A stretch of 63,046 bases of DNA, counting the filler, from Aduncisulcus paluster (lineage: Eukaryota): assembly GCA_024181965.1 (NCBI GenBank). It is 13 parts of 13 records of this genome, joined end to end, with 100 filler letters (N's around TTAATTAATTAA, not from the genome) between each part and the next. Parts side by side here need not be neighbours in the genome. Positions count along the whole stretch, not along the records: positions 61,219 to 63,046 come from BQXS01012058.1; 12 more parts are not named here. The stretch is one strand, 5' to 3'. Under the pieces are notes generated by a model that worked only from the letters and a program-made list of their open reading frames with translations, did not search any database and was not told the origin of the DNA. Each line of letters begins with the position of its first letter. The first letter of the stretch is position 1. Positions 62,583 to 63,046 of the stretch are shown in pieces. A program made the translations under genes and the position numbers.

Positions 62583-63046
62583 CTTTTGCATACGAATTAC
62601 ACCTTGGAATTAATGTTTCTGAGCACTTATCACTCTCGTAAATTGAAAATTTTCTGAAATAATTAACTCAATCTCTGGGAATTATGAAATGGCCTATCTG
62701 AGCAGTGAAATTCTTTTTTCCGAACGAGTCGTTCTTTTGCATACGAATTACACCTTGGAATTAATGTTTCTGAGCACTTATCACTCTCGTAAATTGAAAA
62801 TTTTCTGAAATAATTAACTCAATCTCTGGGAATTATGAAATGGCCTATCTGAGCAGTGAAATTCTTTTTTCCGAACGAGTCGTTCTTTTGCATACGAATT
62901 ACACCTTGGAATTAATGTTTCTGAGCACTTATCACTCTCGTAAATTGAAAATTTTCTGAAATAATTAACTCAATCTCTGGGAATTATGAAATGGCCTATC
63001 TGAGCAGTGAAATTCTTTTTTTCGAACGAGTCGTTCTTTTGCATAC
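62583..63046. repeat. 151-bp tandem satellite, at least 3.1 copies to the window end
   Basis: TTTTGCATAC recurs at 62584, 62735, 62886 and 63037; one substitution seen. Confidence 0.95.

Noticed and set aside
62583..63046. CRISPR array, or SL/5S RNA array
   Set aside because: Whole units are near-identical with no variable spacers; no recognisable 5S or SL/Sm features.

Overview
This is eukaryotic, AT-rich DNA and not one locus. It is 13 draft contigs joined by an artificial 100-nt linker (N44-TTAATTAATTAA-N44). Four internal 20-N gaps are each flanked by an unmerged duplicated overlap. Short GT-AG introns (mostly GTATGT/GTACG donors), flagellar/basal-body genes and expanded odd kinases and LRR proteins suggest a flagellated protist. 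From memory it resembles a free-living fornicate metamonad such as Aduncisulcus; this is inference and was not verified. The core contig (11968-39812) carries a >3500-aa protein, PSD, outer-arm dynein LC4, a DUF4485/CEP112-like gene, an IMPase/BPNT-family gene, CEP104, a B-box protein, an Mrp/Ind1-type ATPase, a PH-like protein, MPI and a SAH+PH protein; several needed intron reconstruction. Small contigs hold kinases with an unnamed ~170-aa domain, an internalin-like LRR protein, a divergent homeodomain protein, a MORN protein, TE debris (Ty3/gypsy, DIRS-like, REL non-LTR, hAT) and a 151-bp satellite. Best candidate for an undescribed system: a tandem array of tiny His/Gly/Pro-rich peptides ending in a poly-Cys CaaX box (CCCSIM/CCCCTIM). 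The two complete copies follow a near-identical ~310-bp upstream block while their coding parts diverge (54079-55497). Also notable: apparent CpG-to-TpG decay of TE fragments.
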